Shown here in pieces: positions 47,407 to 57,302 of a DNA stretch of 64,000 bases. How positions within the stretch are numbered: position 1 is the first letter of the stretch; every line of letters starts with the position of its first letter. The stretch lies in the sequence record LR745208.1. One strand, given 5' to 3'. The notes under the pieces were generated by a model. It searched no databases. It saw only the letters and a list, made by a program, of their open reading frames with translations, and was not told the DNA's origin. The translations under genes were made by a program, and so were the position numbers.

Positions 47407-47703
47407 GTGAACTCTCCCACCATTTATTTCGTCCAGGCCCAGCCCCCGTATGGGCCTGTCAAGATCGGATACACCCGTCGGGGAGCCCCTGTGCGGGTAG
47501 CTGAAGGGCAGACCTTCTCAGCCGACGAGATCACCATCCTGGCAGAGACCTATGGGACCATGGAGGATGAGGCTAAGCTCCATCGGGTGTTTGCCCCTCT
47601 GCGGATACGTGGGGAGTGGTTTGCACATGGGGAAATTTTGGCTGAGCTAATCTTACACTTGCTAGAAGGATACTCCCTTCAAACGTGGCTTGATGGTGTG
47701 TAA
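47407..47703 (+). CDS. GIY-YIG-like (T5orf172/MUG113) protein
   Basis: IYFVQ..PVKIGYT..EAKLHRVF..RIRGEWF. Confidence 0.85.
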   Translation: MNSPTIYFVQAQPPYGPVKIGYTRRGAPVRVAEGQTFSADEITILAETYGTMEDEAKLHRVFAPLRIRGEWFAHGEILAELILHLLEGYSLQTWLDGV

Positions 47704-48182
47704 TGAGACTCAGGATGACGGATTCAACATCTCTTCCCAAGTCGAATGGTGGTACCCGCTGCAAGGTCTGCAAGAGGTCCATGGAGATTTGCCGCCTGGA
47801 CCTTTCACCTTGCTCTCGATGTGAACAAGCGATCGTCAAGTGCGTTGAGGGGACTCATCAGCAATCAATCTTCTGCCAAGCCCATGCGGCAGCCCTGCCA
47901 CCCGTCAAGAAGGGCTTCACGCGCTGCCCAGATGCTATAGCCTCCATGTGTGAAGAAGTGGGAGCACCCTTCGAGGTCCACCCTTCTGGGTTGCCGATCG
48001 GGGGAGGGGAACAGATCCAAAACCATGCCTCTTTTGCGGCAAAGATCCGGAACGAGGTATGGGCCCCACCTGAGGTCCTCGCCATTATCCAAGCGGATCG
48101 CTCTCTGGGTGATCGAAAAGCTGCTTTGAAACGATTTGCGGAATGGTGGGCACGCGAGCATGCCTTGGGACTGGTAGGGTGA
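47703..48182 (+). CDS. hypothetical protein with an N-terminal Cys cluster
   Basis: CKVC..CSRC..C..H. Confidence 0.55.
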   Translation: MRLRMTDSTSLPKSNGGTRCKVCKRSMEICRLDLSPCSRCEQAIVKCVEGTHQQSIFCQAHAAALPPVKKGFTRCPDAIASMCEEVGAPFEVHPSGLPIGGGEQIQNHASFAAKIRNEVWAPPEVLAIIQADRSLGDRKAALKRFAEWWAREHALGLVG

Positions 48183-48241
48183 GCTAACGGTGCTGGATGG
48201 GTGCCTTAAAACGTATCAAACGTATCAAACGGAGATCACCC

Positions 48242-48412
48242 ATGACAAATATCAAAGTAGGCCGGTACCAGGATCCCCAGGCAGTTGGCTATGCGGGATG
48301 GATTGAAGATGAGGAAAAGACGTGGATCGCCTTCATAGACCTTGAAGGCAAGCCAACGTTCTGGCTCAATAGAGAAGATAAGGGCGGCGTAACAAACGCC
48401 AATCCAGGTTAG
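48242..48412 (+). CDS. small hypothetical protein
   Basis: GGAG RBS before MTNIKVGRY. Confidence 0.55.
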   Translation: MTNIKVGRYQDPQAVGYAGWIEDEEKTWIAFIDLEGKPTFWLNREDKGGVTNANPG

Positions 48413-48630
48413 GGAACGCGCCGGGGTCTAGTGACTTTGGACGGATCCACGTCCACGAGAATGAGATGGAGGATCTCACTCTCACGGCATATGTCCTCAC
48501 GGGTAGCAGATGGTTCCCATCGGCGCATCTCTGCCAGGACATCGAGGCTTGAGGGGATGGGGTTGGCATACCCCAGCTCCCGGTTCTTGAGATAGGCCAG
48601 TCTCCAGGCGTCTGCAACTGAAGCCATCAT
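48409..48630 (-). CDS. small hypothetical protein
   Basis: ATG overlaps the amidase stop. Confidence 0.5.
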   Translation of the reverse strand: MMASVADAWRLAYLKNRELGYANPIPSSLDVLAEMRRWEPSATREDICRESEILHLILVDVDPSKVTRPRRVP

Positions 48631-49400
48631 GGTCTCCGGACCCAGATCCCATCGACGAAACCCTTCGCCTTCAGGGCATTGACGACCCTGGGGCCAGCTA
48701 CTCCATCTCTGGATGCTAGAGGAAACCCCAGAAACTTCTGGCGATCTTTCCATGCAGCTAGGTCCATCCCTAGTTGCATGTCGAATCTCTCATAGCTAGC
48801 AGCTACAAGGGCATCCATCACAAGATCCCCAGGATCCCCGCGTCCACGATTAGTGGTTTGGTCCCTATGGCCCACTACCCCTACTACGTCCAGGCCCCCG
48901 TGAACCAATCGGTCAATGGGTTTGCCTGCATAGGCCATAGGAATCTGTCGTTGAATGCCAAGACGGGCTGTCAGCCAATCACACAGGTGGACCACTGTAT
49001 CAATCTGACCTTGGAATAGACTGCCATCGGACCCTTGTACAATCTCAATTCCTACGGTCACTGCATTCACGCTGGTGGCATGCCATGTTTGCTCGGTGAT
49101 TAGATCCGATGTTTGGATGACGGTTCCATCTGCGTCTACCAGCAAATGGGAGGATGCATACTCCGGAACACGGTTCCAGTACTTGATGTTAGCGAGGGCA
49201 CCACCGGCATTACCTACGCCAGGGTGTACTGCTTGTGGGTACTTGCCATGGGTGGTGTGGAGGACAATCCCCCGGACCCACATCCCCTGTGGACGAGGAC
49301 CACGGTCAGATGGACCCATCCGATACTGCGGGTCATCGTGCCAAGATTTGGACACAAACCTTGGCGTGGTCTCTTCTTTGCCTTTTAGGATCAGGGCCAT
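48627..49400 (-). CDS. N-acetylmuramoyl-L-alanine amidase (Amidase_2), probable endolysin
   Basis: IVLHTT, ASSHLLVDADG, TWHA, VGIEI, VVGHRD..DPG. Confidence 0.9.
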   Translation of the reverse strand: MALILKGKEETTPRFVSKSWHDDPQYRMGPSDRGPRPQGMWVRGIVLHTTHGKYPQAVHPGVGNAGGALANIKYWNRVPEYASSHLLVDADGTVIQTSDLITEQTWHATSVNAVTVGIEIVQGSDGSLFQGQIDTVVHLCDWLTARLGIQRQIPMAYAGKPIDRLVHGGLDVVGVVGHRDQTTNRGRGDPGDLVMDALVAASYERFDMQLGMDLAAWKDRQKFLGFPLASRDGVAGPRVVNALKAKGFVDGIWVRRP

Positions 49401-49448
49401 TTTGAGGCCTCCCTGACCTTGTGGTGAGTATAGCCACCTTAGACGGGG

Positions 49449-51887
49449 CTATATGGGGCTAAGTTTCTGGCCCCGAGGGGGCATGAATGTTGAAAAGGGT
49501 ATACCCGTAAGCGGGTCTAAATCCGAACCGGCCATTATACCACCTGTGGCTACACCGGGAGAGACCAACTTCACCGATTGGGTCCCAGAGAGAATTGCAT
49601 TTCCCGTAATAGCACGAAGGGTTATGTCGGTTTGTGCTGTAATAGAGGCACTGCCAGTGGATACCGTTGCCGAGTGGTTGCCCGTGCCAATGGTCTCGGT
49701 CAACCCACTATTGGAGTCCACCTCAACGGAATTGGTACCAGCACGACACTTCCACTTTCCTTGGTTGGTCTCATAGGTGAGGTTACCGATGGTGACTGTG
49801 GTGACCGTATCCCCCTGTGTAAACTCCTCCGAACGTCCTCCGAAGGTCACTCGATACCTGTCAACCACTCCACCATCCCCGCCCGTTAGGGGGGTGGCAG
49901 AAAACGTGGTGTCACGAGAAGGTCCGGTGGAGGGGTCACTATTCTCGGGTCCACCAATGTTGATTGTCTCTCGGCCCGACACGATAACATTGTGAACCTG
50001 GGTTGTGAGAGAGACCTGTTGACCAGAACGAATGGACACAAGGTTTTGTGCACTGACATTGACCGTTCCAGCATTGGTCAGATTGATCTCAGGCGCATGG
50101 ATATTGATCTGAGCATTAGACTGAACAGCCACCCCTTGGGACCCATCAATCAACACGCTAGGTGAGGAAGTACCTGATATGGAATTTGGGGCAGCTTCTC
50201 TGGCACCAGCCCCCGTATCGATCGCACCACTACCTTGAATGACTACGGCCCCCGTGGAGGACCCCAAGTTCAGGCCCACATTCCCGGGGCCCGCAGCACC
50301 GTTGATCCGAATCCCACTGCGAAGGTCTAGAGATAGAACTCCCCCGATGGTGAGGTTCAGGTCACTGGCAGTGGCAATCTCTCCTGAGATGGGTCCACCA
50401 CCAAGGTATGCCTTGAATCTCCCATCCTTAGTGAAAGACGTGAATGAGGATGTGGTGGTCCCATTGGGTCCCGTGATGGGGGAGACAATCCGAAACAGGT
50501 AGGCCGCATGGTCCCGAAGGTTGGAGCCAATGCCAGACACCATCCCTGGAGACACCTCACCCTCATCGGTCAGTATCCGGGGCTTGAGGGGTATCCCGTA
50601 GAGGTCTCTGCCCAGGTAAGAGAAGGCATCATTACCAACCACGGACCCCATGACCCACTCAATGAACGGCTGGGTCCCTGTACCGAGAGGGTTTCCATCT
50701 GATGGAGATTGGGTAGGGAGACGCTCTGCATCAAATCCATCCGTTTGTTCTGTAACAGGTAGGATGCCTTTGGACGTGTGGGTAACCTCAATGCGATACT
50801 CTGTGAGGGCATCAGGGGGAACTGTGTTCTCTCCGTTGAGGGCGGAGGCAATGGCATTGTCCGGTAGTCCAGAAGAATTGATGCCCACACGATAGAGGGC
50901 TTTGCCGCCATAGATGGTATTGGAGGACCCCCCTGGAAGGGTGCTTTCTACTCGGGACCCATTCGAGTCTACATAGCTCCCCCATTGCAGGAAGTCAAAA
51001 GGGTCCAGCCTGTTCGAGATCGCAATGTTGTCTGGCTGTGCCTCAAAAGTCGACTGGGACTCCCCCTGCCCACGGCGGAAGATCATGCCTGGGGTCAAGA
51101 ACCCATTTGGGTAAAGCGGGTTGGCCCCCAGGGCAGCCCCATTCCTAGGGGACCCATCTCCGGTCGTCTGTCGGGGGGCATCCCAATAAACCCCATCACT
51201 GAACATCGTGGAGGGCAGGAGACGGGCCTCCCGCTGGACCATGCCAGCATAGACCCTGGCCCCAGCCATTGCGTGAAACTGTTGGAGAGACCGAAAGACA
51301 ATGGCTTGGTCTTCGTCCCGTAAACGAATCTCATTAGCCCGTCGGTTGGTAATGAGCACTCCCTCATCTAGCAGGATATCACTTCCCTGTGAGGATGACA
51401 GGAACACGTTGCCAGGGCCCAGGTGGCGCATCTTGAAGCGCACACGATCCATGGTCCCTGAGTTTACCGCCCGATCTCTCGGGGTGTCCATACCCTCCCC
51501 TTGCTCCATGGGCTGGTGTGGAATCCACTCATGGCCCATCCATGGGGCAGCTGGCATCCAAGCTAAAATGATAGGGGTCCTGGCGGACGCTGTACCTGCA
51601 CTCTCGCGAGCAGCCCATCCAACGACACAGATGTCCCCACGTTCTGGAAGGGACCCTAGGAAATGCCTCTTCCCACCACCGGGCAGGGTAATGTCTACTC
51701 CAGTGTACTCATAGATATCTTGCTCCCCAGTGAGCACCACAAGGGTACACTTGAGCTCCTCGTACTGGACCTCTTTGACCCTTGCCATGGATATAGCAAG
51801 GGTGGCCCAGTTTCTAGAAGGGTTGGAGGCGGCTGCCTGGGACTTCATCCCAAGCCGCATTGCAGAGTTGGACAGCGTGTCGGCCAT
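49449..51887 (-). CDS. Baseplate hub / central spike protein (gp5/Vgr-like)
   Basis: N-terminal OB-like segment (LPERGDICVVG), T/G/S-rich beta-helix C-terminus, PAAR-like tail. Confidence 0.65.
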   Translation of the reverse strand: MADTLSNSAMRLGMKSQAAASNPSRNWATLAISMARVKEVQYEELKCTLVVLTGEQDIYEYTGVDITLPGGGKRHFLGSLPERGDICVVGWAARESAGTASARTPIILAWMPAAPWMGHEWIPHQPMEQGEGMDTPRDRAVNSGTMDRVRFKMRHLGPGNVFLSSSQGSDILLDEGVLITNRRANEIRLRDEDQAIVFRSLQQFHAMAGARVYAGMVQREARLLPSTMFSDGVYWDAPRQTTGDGSPRNGAALGANPLYPNGFLTPGMIFRRGQGESQSTFEAQPDNIAISNRLDPFDFLQWGSYVDSNGSRVESTLPGGSSNTIYGGKALYRVGINSSGLPDNAIASALNGENTVPPDALTEYRIEVTHTSKGILPVTEQTDGFDAERLPTQSPSDGNPLGTGTQPFIEWVMGSVVGNDAFSYLGRDLYGIPLKPRILTDEGEVSPGMVSGIGSNLRDHAAYLFRIVSPITGPNGTTTSSFTSFTKDGRFKAYLGGGPISGEIATASDLNLTIGGVLSLDLRSGIRINGAAGPGNVGLNLGSSTGAVVIQGSGAIDTGAGAREAAPNSISGTSSPSVLIDGSQGVAVQSNAQINIHAPEINLTNAGTVNVSAQNLVSIRSGQQVSLTTQVHNVIVSGRETINIGGPENSDPSTGPSRDTTFSATPLTGGDGGVVDRYRVTFGGRSEEFTQGDTVTTVTIGNLTYETNQGKWKCRAGTNSVEVDSNSGLTETIGTGNHSATVSTGSASITAQTDITLRAITGNAILSGTQSVKLVSPGVATGGIMAGSDLDPLTGIPFSTFMPPRGQKLSPI

Positions 51888-51924
51888 GTACTACACCTTA
51901 CCGACAGGCTTAATAGTCAGGGGA

Positions 51925-53310
51925 CTAGCACTTGGGGGCTGGCGGGTCCTCAATAAGCTCAATCTCTTCTTCGGATGCCAGAAAATCTGCACTGGTCCTC
52001 ACCATTGCTGTATCCCATGCTAGGATCTCCTGAACCGATGGGTCAACGTTGGCAAGCTTGGGCTTCAGTTTGTGTGTCATGAGATCCCCCAACTTACCTG
52101 CAAATTCTTGAATGTCCTCATCCCCCAGCTTGGCAACCAACTTGAGAACTACAATGAGGGCTTCCACGTCCCCTCGCACATCCAAGAAGATTGGCTGAGA
52201 ATTACCAGATACAGAGGCAATGGACATCAGGATCTCATTGACCTTCTTTGCTGCAATCTGGCTGTTCAAGGCAATCTTCCCAGTTGAAGCCAGCTTGGTA
52301 GCTACAGGTGCCTTGGGGGCTGCATCCAGGAGCATTGCCGAGTAGGCACACTTCGCCGCCTTAGCATGTTTGCCAAGGAAGCCAGCAACCCTCTCATGCT
52401 GACCCTCGTGGCGAGCAAACAGATCCCCCGCAATCAGTCCTGCCTCATGGTGGAGTTCCGAGCAGGCAGTCAGTCCAAGCTTGGCCGTCTTCTCACCGAA
52501 CCCATAAAGGCCTGACCGCTTGCCAGCGGTCTTGTTCATGGTGGCCAGGGGGCCAATACCCTCCATGGCCTTAAGGATCATTGATCCAGCCTTGTCCCCC
52601 CGTCGGGCCACATGCTCGGTCAGGAATGAGGGGGACTCCTCATCCTTCGCATACAGGTCCTTGGCAATCTTCGTGGCTGCCTTGGCGAGACGGTTTGTAC
52701 CTGCCACACAAGCAGATTCGGTGGCTTTGGTCGAGCCGTATAGGCCAGAGGCTGCGGTCTTCTCAAGGGCATCATGGACAGCCTTTTTGGCCATTTCATC
52801 CTTGAGCTTCTTGACTGACTCCGGGGGGTCCTTGACGTTATCCTGAAGTTCCTCAGGGAGGTCAGAAAGGGGAACGGGTTTGTCCTTCTCGAAGCGGGAC
52901 TCCTTCGCAGCCTCATCTTCGGCCGCACCCTTGAAGTTGTCCTTGTGCTCCTCGTTCTGCTTCTTCCACTCGGCCGCATCCTCTTCAGTCATGTTGGTCG
53001 TCGGGTCGGCGGGTTTGTCCTTTTCGAATCTAGCCACCTTGGATTCTTCATCAATGGCAGCCGTGTAGTCAGCGGCCGTGAGGAGAATGGATGCTCGGAT
53101 CTCTGTTTTGAGGTCACGAACCTCATTCAGGGTCATTGCCTTCTTGGCCATCTCTTCCTTGAGCTTCTTGACTGACTCCGGGGGGTCCTTGACGTTATCC
53201 TGTAGCTCTTGAGGAAGGTCAGAAAGTGGAACATTCTCGCCACGTTCAAACTTGGATTCTTTGCCCTGAAGGGCATCCTCATAGTCACACGCTTTTATTA
53301 GGTACGTCAT
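51925..53310 (-). CDS. Repeat-containing, probably virion-associated protein
   Basis: RFE(R/K)..VPLSDLP.ELQDNVKDPPESVKKLK.EMAKKA twice, SGLYG twice, several KTA/KLA tags. Confidence 0.65.
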   Translation of the reverse strand: MTYLIKACDYEDALQGKESKFERGENVPLSDLPQELQDNVKDPPESVKKLKEEMAKKAMTLNEVRDLKTEIRASILLTAADYTAAIDEESKVARFEKDKPADPTTNMTEEDAAEWKKQNEEHKDNFKGAAEDEAAKESRFEKDKPVPLSDLPEELQDNVKDPPESVKKLKDEMAKKAVHDALEKTAASGLYGSTKATESACVAGTNRLAKAATKIAKDLYAKDEESPSFLTEHVARRGDKAGSMILKAMEGIGPLATMNKTAGKRSGLYGFGEKTAKLGLTACSELHHEAGLIAGDLFARHEGQHERVAGFLGKHAKAAKCAYSAMLLDAAPKAPVATKLASTGKIALNSQIAAKKVNEILMSIASVSGNSQPIFLDVRGDVEALIVVLKLVAKLGDEDIQEFAGKLGDLMTHKLKPKLANVDPSVQEILAWDTAMVRTSADFLASEEEIELIEDPPAPKC

Positions 53311-53930
53311 TGGTCGTCTACTGCTCCGTAATCACGTCGGGTCATAAGAGGCTGTGTCGATTGGCTTTCTATTTTGTCCAGGAACCGTCTGGCCACTGTA
53401 CCGGCCATGTTGAGGCTGGCCACTACCTGACGGCCATCGGGGGTGACCTCACGCTCAATGGCCATTGCTGGCCTTCTCAAACGCATTGACGTGCCAACAG
53501 GCTCATACCACAAGTCATAGAATTCTTCCTCTGGAACGATCCTGGTGGTCTTGGATGGGTTAGCAATGTTGGGGTCCATCACATGAACCAAGAGCCCCTT
53601 GGGCCCCTCTTGCACATCGTATATTACCGAGGCATGTGACCAAGATTTCCCAGGAAATGTCCAACTAAAGAGAACCGGGGTACCCCTGTCCGTCCAGTTT
53701 TTCACCATACAAAGGGTCGCTGGTGACACCAGACTTCCCCGTCCACCCAGGTACTGCACTGTAGCTAGGATGCCCTCCCAACTCGCCCCTGACATAGGGG
53801 AAGACTTCAAGACATTTTGGATGTCTTCCTCAGAAAAGTTCTTTCCAAGGGCATGGAAACAGGACGCAAGACTTGCAGAGCAGCATGAAAATTGACTCTG
53901 TTGAGAAATGTGGCTTACATTGGCGGACAC
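53307..53930 (-). CDS. Papain-like cysteine peptidase (C39-like)
   Basis: QQSQFSCCSAS, SHASVI, VMDPN. Confidence 0.8.
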   Translation of the reverse strand: MSANVSHISQQSQFSCCSASLASCFHALGKNFSEEDIQNVLKSSPMSGASWEGILATVQYLGGRGSLVSPATLCMVKNWTDRGTPVLFSWTFPGKSWSHASVIYDVQEGPKGLLVHVMDPNIANPSKTTRIVPEEEFYDLWYEPVGTSMRLRRPAMAIEREVTPDGRQVVASLNMAGTVARRFLDKIESQSTQPLMTRRDYGAVDDQ

Positions 53931-54376
53931 GTGTCACCCCCAAGGTTCTTTCGGCTTCTGGATGTGGTAATGCCTAGTCTGTGCCTCTCATATTGAACAA
54001 TCATTCGTGTTACTCCTAGTTTTGTTGCAAGAGCTTGATCCGTCTCTTTCCCAAGAGGGACTAGGGACCAGTCAATTACATGCTGTTGGCTCTGGAAAGA
54101 GGGGACCCCCTCTGACGACGTGCAATTCTTCCGGACTGTGTGATTAGATACCCCTAGACGTTTAGCAACAGTCCTATCGGTCTCAGTTCCTAACCCCACC
54201 ATTTTCCAGTCACTGGCCTTGGTCTCCCGGGGGAAGGTGCCCACCGAGGGGATTCCTAGTTTTTGGCGTGCTTTGCCCACCAGCCGCCTATCCACGCCCA
54301 ACCTATCCGCAATCCTCTGGTCAGGCTCGGTCCCCAGGCCCACGTTCTCCCAGTCAATGTTCTTCCCTACCGACAT
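53915..54376 (-). CDS. Protein of three tandem HTH-like repeats
   Basis: (I/S)DW..V.LG.E.D..(I/V/L)A..LGV x3. Confidence 0.75.
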   Translation of the reverse strand: MSVGKNIDWENVGLGTEPDQRIADRLGVDRRLVGKARQKLGIPSVGTFPRETKASDWKMVGLGTETDRTVAKRLGVSNHTVRKNCTSSEGVPSFQSQQHVIDWSLVPLGKETDQALATKLGVTRMIVQYERHRLGITTSRSRKNLGGDTCPPM

Positions 54377-54494
54377 GTGGTCCAATCCCTTACAGCTTCT
54401 CGTGCCTGATACACAACTGTCTCCACCCAAAGGAAGACAACCGCCCCCGAAAAAAGGGCGGCGACGAGGAGTTTGGCTAAGGCTATGATGAGAT

Positions 54495-57269
54495 TCATCC
54501 GCCCCACGCCCCAACCCCACGTTGGTAGACTTCGGCGATCTGAGCCGCACTCAGAATGACATCATCAGCCCACACGTCCTGATACTTCCCGGGTGCCAGT
54601 TCGGCCGCATCAGCAGCAACGCCGTGTCCACTAACACCCCACGGACCAGGGTCGACCCCGTAGTCTATTGTTTGTGGACCACCGACGGTACCGGTGATGG
54701 CGAACACCCCATTCACGTAACCATCGATTGTGCCTGTTGCTCCGTTCCATACAAGCGCGAGCATCGTCAATTCATTGCGTTGTGACATTGGAACCAGTGC
54801 TGTTACAGTGAGACGCAGCCCGCCTCCATAAGCTACGCCAAATTCGATACTACCAGAGTTGGCATTTGTCATATAGATAGACAAGGCGGCGAACGGAGAT
54901 ATCCAGGCACCATTGCTGTACGCCTTGCTGACAATTGCACTCCATCCCTGAAGGGTGTATGGTGTAAACCATACAATCAGAGTTGATGCGACCGTACCTA
55001 CTTGGCCGAGTGCACCATACGCTTTTTGCGCGTTTGCTCCCACTTGTGCGAGGCATGTTTCACCATCCCACTGCGAGGGTTCGCCAAGTCGATTCGGCAC
55101 GGCAACTGTGAGATCGTTTCCCACAAGCGTGCCGGTGTTCACAACCGTCACCGCACCATTCGCTTCTGTGAAGTGCCAATGGAGTTTGCCCACACTCGGA
55201 TAGACTGGCCGTCGGTTGTAGCGCACTGGCCTCCAATCGGTGCCATTGCTCTCGTACAAGACACTGTTGCGCACGTTTCCGGGATCGGCGACCAGATAGA
55301 AGTTACCGGCAAGCCCTCCGGCCGCTCCCGGGGCAGGTCGAGCTGCATAGGTGCCCACCGTGACCCCACCTGACGACACCGCCCATAGAGGGGCTACCCC
55401 CACCCCCTGACCCGTGAGGACCTCCCCAAGGGCACCAGCCGGAAGTCGAACCCAGTTTACCCCATTGAAGTAAAGCAGGTCACCGGTTGTCTGAGCCGCT
55501 ATCGACAGATCCTGTGGCAGAGCAGGGGCAGAGAACGTGGGGGCCACCCCTACCCCATTATCCGTTAGGACCTGTCCAGCACCACTTGGAGCTAGCCGGT
55601 TCCAGTCGGTCCCATCGAAAGTAAGTAGGTCACCTAGAGTTTGGCCAGTAATTGCAAAAGGTCCGCCGAACGGCTCCCAGGCGGCCGTTCCACTATTCCA
55701 CGTTGCTAGTACCCCGCTACCGGCCCCCAGCACCCCATTGACGTTTGCTCCGTCTGTGACCCATACTAGAACACCTGAATTGGTGGGGGGCTGGAGTGAG
55801 GCAGTTTGAATGCCTCCAAGGAATACTCCCGAGTCTGCCAGCAGGGTACCCCCACCACTGAGAACCATAACATCCGCTGCGGCATTGATGGTTTTCAGAT
55901 ACCCATGGATGTAGAGGGTGGTACCAGCCGCACTAGACACAATTTGATGGTTGAGTGCCCCATTGAGGGTAACCGACATGTTGGTTAAGTTGAGGGTGGC
56001 AGTATTGTTCGTCAGAGCCCGTCCACGCAGGGAACAGTCCACTAATGTGGCACTACTGTTGGCCACATTTAGGTAGATACTGGCATGGGTATCAGGTGCA
56101 CTGAAGTTACAATGCTCGGCATCCAAGCTGCATCTTGCATCCCCCGCGAAGGCATGTTGGGCGGTAGCCCCATCACGGGTACTTAGGCCCACAGACCGGA
56201 GGATAAAAGAGGCCCCAGTGTCAAAATTCCCTACAGCTGGGGATCCTGGGGTCTGGGCAAAGACATAGACATTGCGAAGTATGACCGTAGATGTGGTGGC
56301 AACCCCAACCCCATTAAGGAGGGTGCCCATAAGCAGCAGGTTCTCTAGAACAATAGAACCACTGGTTGCCAAAATGGTGATGTCACCAGTAATGATGCAT
56401 GTGCGAGGATCCATTGGTCCACGGAGGGACAGCCCAAGAGGCAAAGTTCCAGTCCAGGTATAGTTCCCCTCCAGCAGATGAATCGTGGCTGATGTATGCC
56501 CATCCACGATGTACTGGGCTACCGCTGCCGCAATCGTTGCAAACTGGGGGCTGCTTAATATTGACCCCGTGCCAGGACCAGAACTAGGATCCCCAACCAC
56601 GTAGAAGGGTAGCTTGTAGGTGCTGGTGTGTAGGTCCTCCCAGATATACGCGGCGCCGTTGTACAAACAAACAGAGGGCTCAAACCCAGGGGCACCAGAT
56701 GTGTTCCAATAGTATTTGCCTAGGTATTCCAGGCTAGGGAAGGGTTTATTGTCAACCGTATCAGACCAAGCCGTTACATGCCACTCTGGCAAACCGGTTG
56801 CCCCCACCCGGAATACTCGACCCTGGCTTCCAAGAGGCAATCGTTGGGATGTGGTGGGACCACGAACAAGAAGATCCCCTTTGGTGGTGAGTTTAGACTC
56901 TGGTATCGCCCCCAGTGTTGCGGCATCGAGAATGGACCATGTACCATCCCCTTTTAGGTAGCTACCACGATTGGTCACCAACGGCTGAGGAACCAGCCCC
57001 CGCTGCCCATCCCCAGTGGGGGTAGACCCACGGAGGGTGGACCCTATGGGGGTGAGGCTCAGGACAGACCCAGAAACAAAAGCGGCTGTTACCGTTCCCT
57101 TGAGTAGGGCCGTGTTTAGTGACCCATACTCGAAAGACTTCTGAGTATCCTCAGTGTAGAGGTACTCAGCTACTCCCCCAGGGGACAATGGCACAGATTC
57201 AAGAATATCTGTGAAGGACACATTGGAACTGGATGTGTTGGTAACTCGAAGGGTTAGACCGCGGCTCAT
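54495..57269 (-). CDS. Tail fibre / receptor-binding protein with a C-terminal LamG (ConA-like) domain
   Basis: GDLL..G..W.RL..G repeats, beta-helix-like middle, LHWHFTE..LALVWNG..YVNG..LSAAQIAEVY. Confidence 0.75.
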   Translation of the reverse strand: MSRGLTLRVTNTSSSNVSFTDILESVPLSPGGVAEYLYTEDTQKSFEYGSLNTALLKGTVTAAFVSGSVLSLTPIGSTLRGSTPTGDGQRGLVPQPLVTNRGSYLKGDGTWSILDAATLGAIPESKLTTKGDLLVRGPTTSQRLPLGSQGRVFRVGATGLPEWHVTAWSDTVDNKPFPSLEYLGKYYWNTSGAPGFEPSVCLYNGAAYIWEDLHTSTYKLPFYVVGDPSSGPGTGSILSSPQFATIAAAVAQYIVDGHTSATIHLLEGNYTWTGTLPLGLSLRGPMDPRTCIITGDITILATSGSIVLENLLLMGTLLNGVGVATTSTVILRNVYVFAQTPGSPAVGNFDTGASFILRSVGLSTRDGATAQHAFAGDARCSLDAEHCNFSAPDTHASIYLNVANSSATLVDCSLRGRALTNNTATLNLTNMSVTLNGALNHQIVSSAAGTTLYIHGYLKTINAAADVMVLSGGGTLLADSGVFLGGIQTASLQPPTNSGVLVWVTDGANVNGVLGAGSGVLATWNSGTAAWEPFGGPFAITGQTLGDLLTFDGTDWNRLAPSGAGQVLTDNGVGVAPTFSAPALPQDLSIAAQTTGDLLYFNGVNWVRLPAGALGEVLTGQGVGVAPLWAVSSGGVTVGTYAARPAPGAAGGLAGNFYLVADPGNVRNSVLYESNGTDWRPVRYNRRPVYPSVGKLHWHFTEANGAVTVVNTGTLVGNDLTVAVPNRLGEPSQWDGETCLAQVGANAQKAYGALGQVGTVASTLIVWFTPYTLQGWSAIVSKAYSNGAWISPFAALSIYMTNANSGSIEFGVAYGGGLRLTVTALVPMSQRNELTMLALVWNGATGTIDGYVNGVFAITGTVGGPQTIDYGVDPGPWGVSGHGVAADAAELAPGKYQDVWADDVILSAAQIAEVYQRGVGAWGG

Positions 57270-57302
57270 TGATAAGGGGAAGACTATGCACGGAATATCT
57301 AC

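Noticed and set aside
48208-48230. 9-bp tandem repeat AAACGTATC x2.5
   Set aside because: Too short and isolated to assign a function; probably slippage.
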